Origin: a virus
Direction: 5' to 3' (one strand)
DNA length: 64,000 nucleotides
IMG/VR virus record: IMGVR_UViG_3300011390_000002
Span: 3,719-67,718 of that record
A program made the translations under genes and the position numbers. Of this stretch, positions 28,203-38,978 are shown piece by piece. The notes under the pieces were generated by a model that was not told where the DNA came from, did not search any database, and saw nothing but the letters and a program-made list of their open reading frames with translations. Numbering within the stretch: the stretch's first letter is position 1; the number at the start of each line of letters is the position of its first letter.

Positions 28203-29114
28203 ATGCCTCTTTTGAAAACGGTGGCCGACTCGCTGAGCAACAACCAGCTCGTCGCCGGTGTCATCGACGAAATCATCGATCGGGACGACCTGTTCTCGAT
28301 CCTGCCGTTTGTGGGTGTGAACGGCAAAGCGTATGTGTATAACCGCGAAGACACGCTGGCTGGCGCTGACTTCCTCGACCCGAACGACACGGTGAACGAA
28401 AGTGCATCGACCGTTCAGGAAGTCGTGACGAAGCTGCGCATCCTGGCGGGTGACGTGGACGTCGACAAGTTCCTGCAATCGACCGAAAGCGACACCAACG
28501 ACCAGATGGCGATCCAGATCGCGAAGAAGGCCAAGGGTGTTGCACGCGTGTTCCACCAAACGCTCGCGACCGGCGACGCTGCTGCGAACCCGAAGGCATT
28601 TGACGGCCTGGTGAACCTGTCGGTGCAAGCCGGCGGCACGCAGACCATCAAGGCGGGTGCAAACGGCGGCGCGCTGACGCTGACCATGCTGGACGAGTTG
28701 CTGGACACGGTGCCGAACGGCGCTGACGTGCTGGTGATGCGCCGGGGCACGATCCGCGCATTCCGTGGTCTGTTGCGCGCGACCTACGGCACGGACGCTG
28801 TGATGCAACAGCTCCACAACTTCGGCCGCCCGATGCTCACGCACAACGGCATTCCGATCATCATGAACGAGTTTCTGGGCGCCAACGAAACGGTCGGCAC
28901 GGGTGAGAACCTGTGCTCGGTCTACGCGCTGCGCCTGAACGAGTTGGATGGCCTGCACGGCATCTACGGTGGTGGCGACGCCGGTATCGTGGTCGAGAAC
29001 ATCGGCACGGTGCAGAACAAGGACGCGACCCGCATTCGCTTGAAGTGGTATACGGGTCTGGCGCTGAAGTCCACGCGCTCGATCGGCCGCCTCCAAGGCG
29101 TTTCGAACGTCTAA
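28203..29114 (+). CDS. major capsid protein (HK97 fold)
   Basis: LPF..V.G.AY.YNRE; LRILAGDVDVDKF; FDGL; R.RLKWY. Confidence 0.9.
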   Translation: MPLLKTVADSLSNNQLVAGVIDEIIDRDDLFSILPFVGVNGKAYVYNREDTLAGADFLDPNDTVNESASTVQEVVTKLRILAGDVDVDKFLQSTESDTNDQMAIQIAKKAKGVARVFHQTLATGDAAANPKAFDGLVNLSVQAGGTQTIKAGANGGALTLTMLDELLDTVPNGADVLVMRRGTIRAFRGLLRATYGTDAVMQQLHNFGRPMLTHNGIPIIMNEFLGANETVGTGENLCSVYALRLNELDGLHGIYGGGDAGIVVENIGTVQNKDATRIRLKWYTGLALKSTRSIGRLQGVSNV

Positions 29115-29163
29115 AGCAACAGTCAAAATTGACTGGCGAAAGCCGGTCAGCCATGACAAGATG

Positions 29164-29191
29164 AAGGGCGGGCCATGTGCCCGCCCTTTTT
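29164..29191 (+). terminator. intrinsic terminator after capsid gene
   Basis: AAGGGCGGGC-catgt-GCCCGCCCTT-TTT. Confidence 0.8.
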
Positions 29192-29207
29192 CACATCAAG
29201 GAACCCT

Positions 29208-29645
29208 ATGAAACTCCGATTGCTTGACCCCGGCATGCAGAACTACACGGCGCAAATGGGCGCGGTGTTCTTCGTTGATGGCCTCTCGACCACCGACGTC
29301 TCCCACAAGGACGCAACGCGCCTTGCCGCGATTTACCGCTGCGAATACGAGGACGGCACCAACCCGAGCGTGAGCCAGTTCCTGCTCGACCAGATGAACG
29401 TCGAGGCGGTCTCGACTTCGGCCACCACCGTAGTTGTGCCCGGCACCGATACGCCGGCATCCACGCCCGAGGCGCCCAAGGTCGTCTACAACGAGGCCGA
29501 TCTGGCCAAGATTGCGGACGAGAGGGGCATTCAGGGTCTGCGCGACCTGGGCTTGCCGCTTGGCATCAAGGGCAACTCGATTCGTGGCCTGATCGACGCA
29601 CTCGTGAAGGCGACGGGCGGCCGCAAAGACGACGCGAGCGAGTAA
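29208..29645 (+). CDS. virion-associated protein with C-terminal HeH/Rho-N-like motif
   Basis: position in head operon; LRDLGLPLGIKGNSIRGLIDAL. Confidence 0.55.
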   Translation: MKLRLLDPGMQNYTAQMGAVFFVDGLSTTDVSHKDATRLAAIYRCEYEDGTNPSVSQFLLDQMNVEAVSTSATTVVVPGTDTPASTPEAPKVVYNEADLAKIADERGIQGLRDLGLPLGIKGNSIRGLIDALVKATGGRKDDASE

Positions 29646-29649
29646 GCCC

Positions 29650-30510
29650 ATGGACTTCTTTCTCGCAGGAACCGATGTTGAGTGCGTGATTCCGCTGACG
29701 GTTCGCGGCGCGCCGCTTGACGTGACGGCAATCGACTACCGGGTGCTGGATCAGACCGACAAGGAGCTCTCAGAGCGCGCAGCCCTTACAGACTTTGCCC
29801 CGCATGCGTCCTCGGCGATGGTGGTCGTTCCTGCGAGTCTGAATGTCCTGGGTGCGCCCTCGACCGAGCACACTATCCCCACACGCGGCGCGCGCATTGT
29901 CGAGTTGTTCCTCACGCTTGCGAACGGCAACCAGATCGCGATCACCTTTACCTACGGGATTGAGCCGGTCGCGATCCTGGTGCCGGGGGTCAATAGCTTC
30001 CAGACCTACGCAGAGGCGCTGCTGCAGGCCGCTGAGATCCCGGGCACACCTGGATGGGACGAGGCAGACGACGAGGACCGCTACGCGGCCATGATCGAGG
30101 CGCGCTGGCACCTGTGCAAGCTCTCCTACTACCTACTCAATTCGAACATCAATTTTGGCCAGGACAGTCTGAACTTCGTGCCCGAAGGCATTTACAAGAG
30201 CAAATACATTGCAACTAACGGTCTGTTTATGTTCGATGGCAATCTCGAGCTCTTGAACGCCACGCAATTCGCCGCACTCCCGGAACGCTTCAAAGGCGCG
30301 CTACGCAAGGCACAGGTGGCCGAAGCCGATTTCATCCTGACCTCCGACCCGCTGAGCGCCAAGCGTGCGGCTGGCATCACGATGGATGAAGTGGGGCACA
30401 CCCGCCAGGCGTTTCGCTCGACCAAGCCGCTGGAGCTGCCGTGCTGCAAACGCGCGCTCTCCTACGTGAGCTACTTCGTCTCGATGACCAAGAAAATCGC
30501 CCGCACATGA
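29650..30510 (+). CDS. head-tail adaptor
   Basis: NSFQTYAEA..LRKAQVAEA typical of adaptor proteins; position. Confidence 0.65.
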   Translation: MDFFLAGTDVECVIPLTVRGAPLDVTAIDYRVLDQTDKELSERAALTDFAPHASSAMVVVPASLNVLGAPSTEHTIPTRGARIVELFLTLANGNQIAITFTYGIEPVAILVPGVNSFQTYAEALLQAAEIPGTPGWDEADDEDRYAAMIEARWHLCKLSYYLLNSNINFGQDSLNFVPEGIYKSKYIATNGLFMFDGNLELLNATQFAALPERFKGALRKAQVAEADFILTSDPLSAKRAAGITMDEVGHTRQAFRSTKPLELPCCKRALSYVSYFVSMTKKIART

Positions 30511-31142
30511 TCTACGACGACCTCACGAATCGGGTGACGGCAGACTATGAGGCGCTGCTGTTCGCGCTGCGTGGGCTCTACCTGGCGCAAGTCGCGCCCG
30601 GTGCCGCCGTCACACCGGCCAGTATAAGCAACCTCCAACGAGAAGCGCACCGACTCGCAAACGCGCTCGCGCTGCGTGCCGAGCACGAGATGCTCAGCTA
30701 CGCGAGCGAAGTCGGTTCGGACGCGTCTCGTGTCGGTTTCGCGCTCGACGCGCTCAAAGTCACGCTTGCGCAAAACATCAAGACCGTCACGCAGCAGATC
30801 GCAGCGGGACAGGGCGGGATCGCGTCGATCCTGAAGAACGAGTCGGGCGGCATGGGGCTGCTCGTCCAGCAGAAGGTCGGGGGCATCGATTTTCGCAGCA
30901 CCGATTCGCTGGGCCGGCGCTTCAACTCGCAAGTGATCGTGAAAACCCTTGTGCGTCAGTTCGCCGTGCAGACGGCGGTCGATGCGGTGGTGTTGGAGGC
31001 AGATCGCCGCGGCCAGGATCACCTCTGGGTCAAAACGCCTGACGGTTACGCCCAGCGCATGACGCGTGCCGAGTTCGAGCAGGCACGCCAGCGCCTCTTT
31101 CATCCCAACACCCGCGCGGAGGCGTTTGTCACCGATGTTTAA
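30507..31142 (+). CDS. putative minor head/morphogenesis protein
   Basis: F.DSLGRR..S..FHPN motif. Confidence 0.55.
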   Translation: MIYDDLTNRVTADYEALLFALRGLYLAQVAPGAAVTPASISNLQREAHRLANALALRAEHEMLSYASEVGSDASRVGFALDALKVTLAQNIKTVTQQIAAGQGGIASILKNESGGMGLLVQQKVGGIDFRSTDSLGRRFNSQVIVKTLVRQFAVQTAVDAVVLEADRRGQDHLWVKTPDGYAQRMTRAEFEQARQRLFHPNTRAEAFVTDV

Positions 31143-31485
31143 TCCCACCGTGAAGATCCAGATTGAGGTGGCCTCGAGCGAGTCGGACGTCTACGGGATG
31201 CCAGCCGCGGCGCGCATCGTGAACGAGCGATGCAGCGTGGTCTCGCTCACGCAGCGTTCGATGAAGACCTCGGTGCGAGCGGACTCGTCGGCCACGCGCG
31301 GCAACGCCCTCGAGCTCGAGGCGGACGGTGTGCTGCTGCTCTCGCCGAAGACGGCCGCCGGCGTCGATGACGTCGCAACGGTGGCTGGCCAGCGCGTGCG
31401 CATCGTCGCGATCACCCAGCAATTTGACATCAACGGGCGCCTGGATCACCACGAGGTGAGCGTCGTCCACTGGAGTGCGCAATGA
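31135..31485 (+). CDS. head closure/stopper-like protein
   Basis: SDVYG..LDHHEV; position. Confidence 0.6.
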   Translation: MFNPTVKIQIEVASSESDVYGMPAAARIVNERCSVVSLTQRSMKTSVRADSSATRGNALELEADGVLLLSPKTAAGVDDVATVAGQRVRIVAITQQFDINGRLDHHEVSVVHWSAQ

Positions 31486-31871
31486 ACGTTCTTCCACTCG
31501 CGCAGCGCCTGGAGGATAAGAGCGTAGGCAAGCAGGGCAAATCGATTTTCGTCTACATGATGCCGTCCGAGGCGGTGTCGGCCGTGATGGTGCGCAACGA
31601 GCTTGCCGGCACCCGCATTAACCACGAGCTGCCGGGCTACTACAAGACGCGCCTGCAGGTGATCGCACGCGGCGCTAACTACAAGGCGGCCGAGACGCTC
31701 ATGAATAGCGCGGTCGCAGCCCTCACGCTCGAGCCTGGCGCGGTGCTTGGAGACATGACCTTCAATTACTGCCGCCCGCAGACGCTGCCCGTGCCGTTTC
31801 CGCTCTCGGCAGGCAACTTGATCGAGTTTTCCGTCTATTTCGAAGTGTGCTTTGTGCAGGAGCCGGCATGA
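31482..31871 (+). CDS. tail terminator/minor capsid-type protein
   Basis: LQVIARG..Y..AE..M; position. Confidence 0.65.
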   Translation: MNVLPLAQRLEDKSVGKQGKSIFVYMMPSEAVSAVMVRNELAGTRINHELPGYYKTRLQVIARGANYKAAETLMNSAVAALTLEPGAVLGDMTFNYCRPQTLPVPFPLSAGNLIEFSVYFEVCFVQEPA

Positions 31872-32350
31872 GCGTAAGCATCGAGGGGATCAACTTGGGC
31901 CTGCTGATCGAGCAGGTGGGCGACAAGGTGGTGCGCCGCGCGATCGACAGGATGCGCGTGGAAGGCCAGAAGGTCGCGCAGAAGGCGCGCGATTACGCAC
32001 CGGTGGATGAGGGCAACCTCGAAAAAGCGATCAAGGTGTCTGACACCGGGGGTGGTCGCAACGACCTGGGCCAGTTCACCCGCAAGAGCGTGGTAATTTA
32101 CGTCGATGGCGACATGCCCGTGCCTGAGCGGCCCGGCAAGACGGTGGGTGACTACGCCTATGACATTCACGAGCACCTGGAGCCAGTCGGCCCCAAGAAA
32201 CGCGGCGAGCGATCCGAGCAAAAGGATGCTGGCCGCAACGTTGTCGGCGGGGCATTTCTCACCCGCGCGATGAACGACTCGGAAAAGGCCGTCCTCAATG
32301 GAGTAGCCGCTGAAATCAAGGATGTGCTTGACGCTGGTGGTGACTTCTAG
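31868..32350 (+). CDS. HK97 gp10-like neck protein
   Basis: ARDYAPVDEGNLEKAI..FLTRA. Confidence 0.75.
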   Translation: MSVSIEGINLGLLIEQVGDKVVRRAIDRMRVEGQKVAQKARDYAPVDEGNLEKAIKVSDTGGGRNDLGQFTRKSVVIYVDGDMPVPERPGKTVGDYAYDIHEHLEPVGPKKRGERSEQKDAGRNVVGGAFLTRAMNDSEKAVLNGVAAEIKDVLDAGGDF

Positions 32351-32417
32351 TGCCTTTTCTGCTATATTCGGCAACAGTCACAACTGACTGTTAAAACCTC
32401 TTTGCAAAGGAGTTTGA

Positions 32418-32942
32418 ATGGCAAGCGATACAAAGAACGTGAAGCTGGGCGTCTGCACCGTGTTTCTGGACGGTAAAGACCTCGGCTACACGCAGGGTGG
32501 TGTGCAGGTGTCGGTGAAAACCGATACCCACAAGGTGAACATCGACCAGTTCGGTAAGACCACGGTCAACGAACTTATCATGTCGCGCGACGTGTCGGCC
32601 AAGGTGCCCCTGGCTGAAACCACGATCGAGAACATGGTCGCGATTATGCCGGGCGCAACGCTGGTCAACGACGGCGAAGGCGGCAAGCACGTCGAGGTGG
32701 ACTCGGGGATCGGCATCGACTTGCTGTCGATCGCCAAGGAACTGCGCCTGCATCCGATCAACAAGGCCGTGGATGATTACTCGGAAGACTTCGTGATCCC
32801 GCTGGCGGCAACGGCTGGCGGCCTCGATTTCGCCTACGAGGTCGAGAAGGAACGCATCTTCAACGTCGAGTTCACGGGCTACCCCGATCCGGTGACGAAG
32901 AAGCTGTTCAAGGTGGGCTCGGCTCCGGCTGTCGCTCCGTAA
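32418..32942 (+). CDS. major tail tube protein
   Basis: LGYTQGGV..DQFG..VPLAE; position. Confidence 0.8.
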   Translation: MASDTKNVKLGVCTVFLDGKDLGYTQGGVQVSVKTDTHKVNIDQFGKTTVNELIMSRDVSAKVPLAETTIENMVAIMPGATLVNDGEGGKHVEVDSGIGIDLLSIAKELRLHPINKAVDDYSEDFVIPLAATAGGLDFAYEVEKERIFNVEFTGYPDPVTKKLFKVGSAPAVAP

Positions 32943-33028
32943 TCTCTGTAACAGTCATAATTGACTGTTATCTCAACGAACCCAAGCCCCGCTGCCGCAA
33001 GCGGGGCTGCCCACATCTGGAGTAGCAC

Positions 33029-33376
33029 ATGGCAAAGATTCTGAACCTCGACGCATTGAGCGCAGAGGAAGCACGCGAACTCGTTCTCGGCGGCGTGACC
33101 TACAAGGTGCCCGCGATGAGCGTTGAAAACTTCATCGAAACCACCCGGCTCGCGCAAAAGCTCGCAGCGAACCCCGACGCAACCGTCGCTGACCAGGTGG
33201 AAGCGGCCGTCGAAATGATCGTGCGCAGCATCGAAGACGCGCCCAAGAGCCTGCTCATGAAGTGCTCGCTCGCGGTCCTGAACCGGATCACGTCCTTTAT
33301 CCAGGGCGAAGACGAAGAAAAGGTTGAGCAAGTCGCGCAAGCGCAAGCCGCCCAGGAAGCCGCCTCGGGAAACTGA
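33029..33376 (+). CDS. tail assembly chaperone G
   Basis: between tube and TMP; ends in GGGAAAC slippery site. Confidence 0.8.
   Translation: MAKILNLDALSAEEARELVLGGVTYKVPAMSVENFIETTRLAQKLAANPDATVADQVEAAVEMIVRSIEDAPKSLLMKCSLAVLNRITSFIQGEDEEKVEQVAQAQAAQEAASGN
33367..33373 (+). other. -1 programmed ribosomal frameshift site (G/GT)
   Basis: G GGA AAC; the -1 frame is open from 33373 to 33726. Confidence 0.85.
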
Positions 33377-33726
33377 CACGGCCGGCATTAGAGGAAATCG
33401 ACTTCGGTTTCTTCTTTTGCCGGGTTGCCCACTTCTACGGCTACACCGACCAACACCTTCGCAGCATGACGATGAAGCGCTTCTGGCTCGCCCACGAGTG
33501 CATTGATCGGATCTCCGCGCAAAAGGACATGCGAGCCCTCACGGTTGCAGCGGTCTCCCAGAGCGGGGAAGCGGCCAGCGACTACCGGCGCAAGCTGATT
33601 GTCGAGATCGGGACGCTGGCGAAGGTAAGTGAAGCGGCGGTGATCCAGGAGGGTGCGCAGCGAGACGAGGAGGGCTTTGCAGCGCTGAAGTTGATGGAAG
33701 GTCAAACGATAGGGTCGAGGGTTTAA
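33373..33726 (+). CDS. tail assembly chaperone T portion (GT fusion)
   Basis: LTRPALEEIDFGFFFCRVAHFYGY.. in the -1 frame. Confidence 0.8.
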   Translation: MTRPALEEIDFGFFFCRVAHFYGYTDQHLRSMTMKRFWLAHECIDRISAQKDMRALTVAAVSQSGEAASDYRRKLIVEIGTLAKVSEAAVIQEGAQRDEEGFAALKLMEGQTIGSRV

Positions 33727-36700
33727 ATGAGTATTGGCGGCGAGATCAAGGTTGTCCTGACACTGGATGACAATGGCTTCACTCTGAAGACCAAGCGTGC
33801 GAAGGAGACATCCGACGCGCTCGACGCGGGTCTGCAGAAGCTCTCGAAGACGGCATCGGGCGTTGAGGCGCCCCTTGCCAGCGCCGCCAAGACGATGCAG
33901 GACATCGCCGGCAAGCTCGGGCAATTCGCCTCGGGCATGAAGCAGGTTGATTCTGCCAGCACCCCGACCAGCAAGTCTGTGGGTGCGGTGGCCGATTCGG
34001 TCTCCGCACTTGCCTCCGCACTTGCCAAGGCGGCTGAGACCGCCTCGGGCGCAACCAAGGGCATCGCCGGTGTCGGCGAAGCCGCAGCGCCCACCACCAA
34101 GAGCGTCGAATCGACGGCAGCCGCCGCCAACACGCTCGCCCAGAATTTCGACAAGTCGGTTCCGGCGCTGCTTCGCGCACGCACGGGCCTGACTGAAGCG
34201 GGTGCGGCCGCCAATACCGCAGCAAGCCAGATGAACGCGGCGAACAACTCGGTGGCGTCCAGCACCGGGCGCGCGACCGCGGCACTACTTTCCGCACCGA
34301 GCGCAGCGCTTCGGGCGGCGATGGCCAACAACCAGCTTGCAACCTCGACGAACAACGTCGCCAAGGGCAAGACCGCATCGGCTACCGCGGGCACGAAGGC
34401 CACGCAGTCGAACGCCGCGCTCACGAAGGCCATCACGACGCTCGAAACGACGATGGCGAAGCTCTCGGGCACCGTCGTCCAGCTCATTCGCTCGAACAAC
34501 AGCCTGGCGAGCTCGACCAACGCGAACACGAGCGCCACCAACTCGCTCACGCAAGCGGCGCAAGCCAACACGGCTGCGACGATCCAGAACGGCAACGCAC
34601 TGCGTGCGGCCGGCACCAACATGAACACGATGCGTGGGCAGGCTGATGCGCTCGCGGGTTCGCTGCGTGGTGTCGCCGCTGTCTGGGCCGGGATGAAGAT
34701 CGAGCAGGGTCTGAAGGCAAGCGTAGGTGACGCTGACGAGATGCAGCGTGCGAAGATCGCTCAGGGCACCTTCAACCTGGGCGCCGGCCAGAACCAGGAG
34801 TTCTTCGACAAGGCGTTCGATCTCTCCAAGACCACCAAATTCCTGTCGCAGCTTGACGCCGTGAAAGCGCGTATGGCCGCGATCGGTTCGATTGGTTCGA
34901 ACAACGTCAGCATCATCGATCAGACCCTCGAGACGGCGGTGAAAGCTGCCAACAATCTCGAGACGCTCGGCATGACCCACGGCGGCATGCAGAACACGAT
35001 CCGCAACTTGTATGGCGTCGTTGAAACCCGTCAGCAGGTGTATGACCCGGAAGGCGCACGCCGCACGATGGAGCTCATGCAGAAGATCACGACCGCGACC
35101 AACGGCAAAGTCCAGATGCAGGACGCGGAAAACGTGCTGCGCATGATGGGCTCGGGTGCGGCTCGCTTGTCCGATGACGGCATCATCAACCTCATGTCGA
35201 TCGTCGACCAATCGAAGACGATGGGCGGCGGCATGGGTGGCGGTGCAGGTGTCTCGCGCGTGGGAACATCGTTCAAGATGTTCCAGCAATACGCACAGGG
35301 CAAGCAGATGACCGACCAGGCCGTGCAGATCATGGCCGGCGCGGGCCTGCTCGACACCTCCAGCGTCAACTTCGCTAACCCGGATCGGCGCGCAGTGCGT
35401 CGGGATGTGAAGCACGCGGGCTTTAAAGACTCAGCACTTGCCATGCAAGACCCGGTGCAGTGGCTGCAGAACAACTACGACAAGCTCCTCTCGTTCACGC
35501 AGAAAGAGGGCGCAAATCGTAGTAAGTTTTACCAGGGCGCCGACATAAACGACGCGCAGGCGCAGTCGATGGCGTTTGCCAAGCTCTTGACGGGCCTGGG
35601 GATCCAAACGACTGCCGCCTCTGCTATGGCTCAGGCAGCGGACCCGCATTCGGCTCAGCGGATCAACGAACAGCGCGAGACGGTCAACAAGTCCAAGGGC
35701 GTCAACGAGGTCAATGACGAACTGCGCAACAGCTACGCCGGTGCCGCACAGGATGCGAAGGCGGCGCTTAACGACATTGGCGTGATCATCGGCGCCTCGG
35801 TGCTGCCGCAGATTACGAAGCTCCTCGAGATGACCCGCTCGTTCCTGCTCGACGTGAAGCAGTTCGGGCAGGACAACCCGATGACGGTGCAGTTGACCAC
35901 GATCGCCGCGGCCGCAAGCGGCGTGGTGATGGCGTTCACCGGCATTGGCAAGATCTCTGGCATCGTCGGCTCTGCAACCGGCGCACTCGGCGCACTGACA
36001 GGCGCCACAGGGGGCGCCAATACAGCCGCGCAAGCGGGCGCCGGTATCTGGGGCACGTTCCGTCAGAGCATCACCAACGCTGGCGCCGCCTTCAACTCGA
36101 CGCAAAGCTACGGCGCGGCCGCGGCCAACACAGCCACCGCAATCGGCAGCTCGTTTGGTGCGGCGGGCACGGCAGTCGGTGGCTTTTCGGGCTTTCTGAT
36201 CAAGACTGGCACGACCATCGCCGGGAGCCTGGGGCTGCTTGGACGCGTCGTGACGGCGACCGCGAGCCTCATCGGACGCGCCTTTCTGCGCATGATTCCG
36301 CTCGTCGGCACGCTGTTGCTCGCGTGGGACCTGGGCAAACTCGTGCTCGGGCTGGAAGTGGGTGGCCACAAGGTGAGCGAGTGGTTCGGCCACTGGTTTG
36401 ACGGGCTGCTTGCCAAGGCAAACACCTTCTGGAACAAGCTCAAGTCCGGTTTCCGCGAAATGGCTGAAGTTAACGCCATGTCGGAGAACGGCGAGTCGAT
36501 GGACAAGATCCAAGCCCGGATGAAGGCGGGTAAGGATGAGCGCGCGAAGATCGACTCGGATGCAGACGCTGAAGCCGCCAAGCGCCAGCGCAAGTGGAAC
36601 TTCATGTCCACCGAGACGAAGGGCACGGGTGCCCCGATGGGTTTCGGCGGCACGGAAAAGAAGGAATCGCACGCACGCGGTGACGTGGAGCTCGATGACG

Positions 36701-38616
36701 ACGATGCGAGCAAGGTCAACTCTGCGATGGCGGGGCGTGGCCAGCGCGAGTTCGAAGACCCGTTCATCAAGTTCCGCGAACAGATCGCCTCCAAGCTCAA
36801 GGTTGACCAGGGCGACCTGGCAGCACTGCTTGCGCGTCAACCCAAGGGTGCCGATGCGCTGCGTGCTGACGCGCTCACGGAATTCACCGCTAAGTGGCAA
36901 GGCGGTGACTTTGATAAGGCGCACGACCCGCGCAACCGCAAGTGGAAGAACGCTGACGGGTCGCTCAACGCGAACAACGCGGAAGTGAAGGCAGTCGTCG
37001 ACCAGATGGCTCAAACGAAGGAGCTCGCCGAACAGAAGAAGGCGCTGACCTTCGCCAACGAGCGTCTCGCGTCCACTGAAAACGACGTGCACGAGGCGAT
37101 GAGCAATGCCGCTGAGAACGGCATGGCCAAGCAGACGCGCGAAATGACGGCGCTCCAGCGCGAACTCGCACGCGCGGAAGAACGCCTGAAGGTTGGCACA
37201 GCCGGTTGGGAAGCGTGGAGCCGCAAGAAGAACGAGGCGCTCGCAAACCGCGCCGGCGCCGATCTCGTGAACTTCTCCTCGGGCTTTAGGCAAGCCGACG
37301 ACAAGACGGCGATGAGCCTCTTGCCGTTCGCTGGTCAACGCCGGGTGGCTGAGTTCGACGCATCCAATTCCAAGGATCTCGACCAATACAACAAGAATCG
37401 CCAGGCAAGCGTCGATGCGATGACTGCGGCGATGGCCGCGGCTCGCAATGACCCGACGCTCGGTGGCCCCGCGCAGCGCGAAGCCGAAGCGCAGCGGATC
37501 CAACGGGAGTCGCTCGCCGCTCAGCTTCAGGCGGAAGAAGACTTCAACCGGCACCTGAGCGTGGTGGCCGCCGAGCGTCAGCGTATCCAGGAAACGCCGA
37601 TGGATGCGCTCGTGCGTAACTGGCAGGACACGCTCGACCAGATGCAGCAGGCGGAAGCTGCCTGGGCCAACAACGCGATCAATGCGCTCGTGCAGTTCGC
37701 TGAGACCGGCAAGTTCAGCCTCTCCAAGCTCGCTGAGAGCATGGCGCTGGACGTGCTCAAGATCAAGCTGCAGGAGACCTTCTCGGCGCCGCTGAAGATG
37801 GGCCTGGACGCGCTGAGCGGTCAAATCAACAAGTTCGTGTTCCCGAACGCCTCGACCGCGGCCGGCGCTGCTGCAAACAACACCGCAGCCGGCGCACTGG
37901 GTGACGCTGGCGGCGCAGCGGTCACGCAAGGAGCCGACGCACTCACCAAGAGCTTTTCGACGCTCGCGACCCAGGGCGTGCAGACGACGACCAATGCGCT
38001 CGGTCAGCAAGTCACGCAGATGATCACGGCAGGCAACGTTCAGGGCGCGGCGACGAGCTCGATGGGCGCACTTGCGAACGCAGCAATGATCGCAGCGCAA
38101 GCACTCGCCCGTGTGAGCGGCTCCAGCGCGGGTGGAAGCCTCGGCGGACTCTTCGGCTCGCTGGGCTCCGCCTTCGGCATGGGTGGTGCAGGTGCGAGCG
38201 CAGGCAGCTACGGCGTGGGCGCGAACACCTATGGCTTCACCATGCCGGCGTTCGCCAACGGCGGAATCATGACAAGCAAGGGCGTCGCCACGCTGCGCAA
38301 GTATGCAACGGGTGGCGTGGCCAACTCGCCGCAACTCGCGCTCTACGGCGAGGGCTCCGTGCCTGAAGCATACGTGCCGCTGCCCGATGGTAAGACCATT
38401 CCCGTGACGTTGAACGGCGGCGCTAATGCAGGTGGTGCTGGCTCGGCTGTGCCACCGGCAGTCACCGTCAACGTCATCAACCAGACCGGCCAGCAGGTGG
38501 GCGCTCAGCAAGCCTCGCCTCGCTTTGACGGCAAACAACTGATCCTCGATGTGGTTCTGACCGCGGCGCAGTCTCCCGGCCAGTTCCGCGATGGGATGAA
38601 ACAGGCTATCCGATGA
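33727..38616 (+). CDS. tape measure protein
   Basis: 1629 aa, Ala-rich helical, mid-region TM segments, C-terminal FANGG/YATGG..GEGS.PEA. Confidence 0.92.
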   Translation: MSIGGEIKVVLTLDDNGFTLKTKRAKETSDALDAGLQKLSKTASGVEAPLASAAKTMQDIAGKLGQFASGMKQVDSASTPTSKSVGAVADSVSALASALAKAAETASGATKGIAGVGEAAAPTTKSVESTAAAANTLAQNFDKSVPALLRARTGLTEAGAAANTAASQMNAANNSVASSTGRATAALLSAPSAALRAAMANNQLATSTNNVAKGKTASATAGTKATQSNAALTKAITTLETTMAKLSGTVVQLIRSNNSLASSTNANTSATNSLTQAAQANTAATIQNGNALRAAGTNMNTMRGQADALAGSLRGVAAVWAGMKIEQGLKASVGDADEMQRAKIAQGTFNLGAGQNQEFFDKAFDLSKTTKFLSQLDAVKARMAAIGSIGSNNVSIIDQTLETAVKAANNLETLGMTHGGMQNTIRNLYGVVETRQQVYDPEGARRTMELMQKITTATNGKVQMQDAENVLRMMGSGAARLSDDGIINLMSIVDQSKTMGGGMGGGAGVSRVGTSFKMFQQYAQGKQMTDQAVQIMAGAGLLDTSSVNFANPDRRAVRRDVKHAGFKDSALAMQDPVQWLQNNYDKLLSFTQKEGANRSKFYQGADINDAQAQSMAFAKLLTGLGIQTTAASAMAQAADPHSAQRINEQRETVNKSKGVNEVNDELRNSYAGAAQDAKAALNDIGVIIGASVLPQITKLLEMTRSFLLDVKQFGQDNPMTVQLTTIAAAASGVVMAFTGIGKISGIVGSATGALGALTGATGGANTAAQAGAGIWGTFRQSITNAGAAFNSTQSYGAAAANTATAIGSSFGAAGTAVGGFSGFLIKTGTTIAGSLGLLGRVVTATASLIGRAFLRMIPLVGTLLLAWDLGKLVLGLEVGGHKVSEWFGHWFDGLLAKANTFWNKLKSGFREMAEVNAMSENGESMDKIQARMKAGKDERAKIDSDADAEAAKRQRKWNFMSTETKGTGAPMGFGGTEKKESHARGDVELDDDDASKVNSAMAGRGQREFEDPFIKFREQIASKLKVDQGDLAALLARQPKGADALRADALTEFTAKWQGGDFDKAHDPRNRKWKNADGSLNANNAEVKAVVDQMAQTKELAEQKKALTFANERLASTENDVHEAMSNAAENGMAKQTREMTALQRELARAEERLKVGTAGWEAWSRKKNEALANRAGADLVNFSSGFRQADDKTAMSLLPFAGQRRVAEFDASNSKDLDQYNKNRQASVDAMTAAMAAARNDPTLGGPAQREAEAQRIQRESLAAQLQAEEDFNRHLSVVAAERQRIQETPMDALVRNWQDTLDQMQQAEAAWANNAINALVQFAETGKFSLSKLAESMALDVLKIKLQETFSAPLKMGLDALSGQINKFVFPNASTAAGAAANNTAAGALGDAGGAAVTQGADALTKSFSTLATQGVQTTTNALGQQVTQMITAGNVQGAATSSMGALANAAMIAAQALARVSGSSAGGSLGGLFGSLGSAFGMGGAGASAGSYGVGANTYGFTMPAFANGGIMTSKGVATLRKYATGGVANSPQLALYGEGSVPEAYVPLPDGKTIPVTLNGGANAGGAGSAVPPAVTVNVINQTGQQVGAQQASPRFDGKQLILDVVLTAAQSPGQFRDGMKQAIR

Positions 38617-38978
38617 GCAATCCAGTCATGCCCCTCGCTGATCTCCAGGACTCGGCGAAATACAACGTGCAGCAAGAGAACACCGCCCTGGCTCCGAAGA
38701 TGGAAGGCGGTTATGTCGCAACCCGCCCGCGCCACACCCGGCGCCCACGCAAGACATGGAGTTCGGGCTTCACCTCGCTCACCGAAGCGCAAAAGACGCT
38801 GATGCAGGCGTTTTTCGACTCGGTGTATGGCGGCTCGGTGATTTTCGACTGGACCGACCCTGCAACCGGGGCGGTGGTCGCGGTGCGTTTCACGACCGAC
38901 ACGGTGCTGCAATTCACCTACACGGGGGCGGGCGCCATGCGTCGCTACGACACCTCGTTCAAGCTCCAGGAGGCGTAA
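38613..38978 (+). CDS. distal tail protein (lambda gpM-like)
   Basis: MEGGY..RPR..F.W.DP motif after TMP. Confidence 0.7.
   Translation: MSNPVMPLADLQDSAKYNVQQENTALAPKMEGGYVATRPRHTRRPRKTWSSGFTSLTEAQKTLMQAFFDSVYGGSVIFDWTDPATGAVVAVRFTTDTVLQFTYTGAGAMRRYDTSFKLQEA

Noticed and set aside
35431-38538. 1035-aa minus-strand ORF, and similar ones such as 42877-44919 and 41455-42837
   Set aside because: Shadow ORFs antisense to well-supported tape measure and tail genes; expected from GC3 codon bias and with no recognisable motifs.
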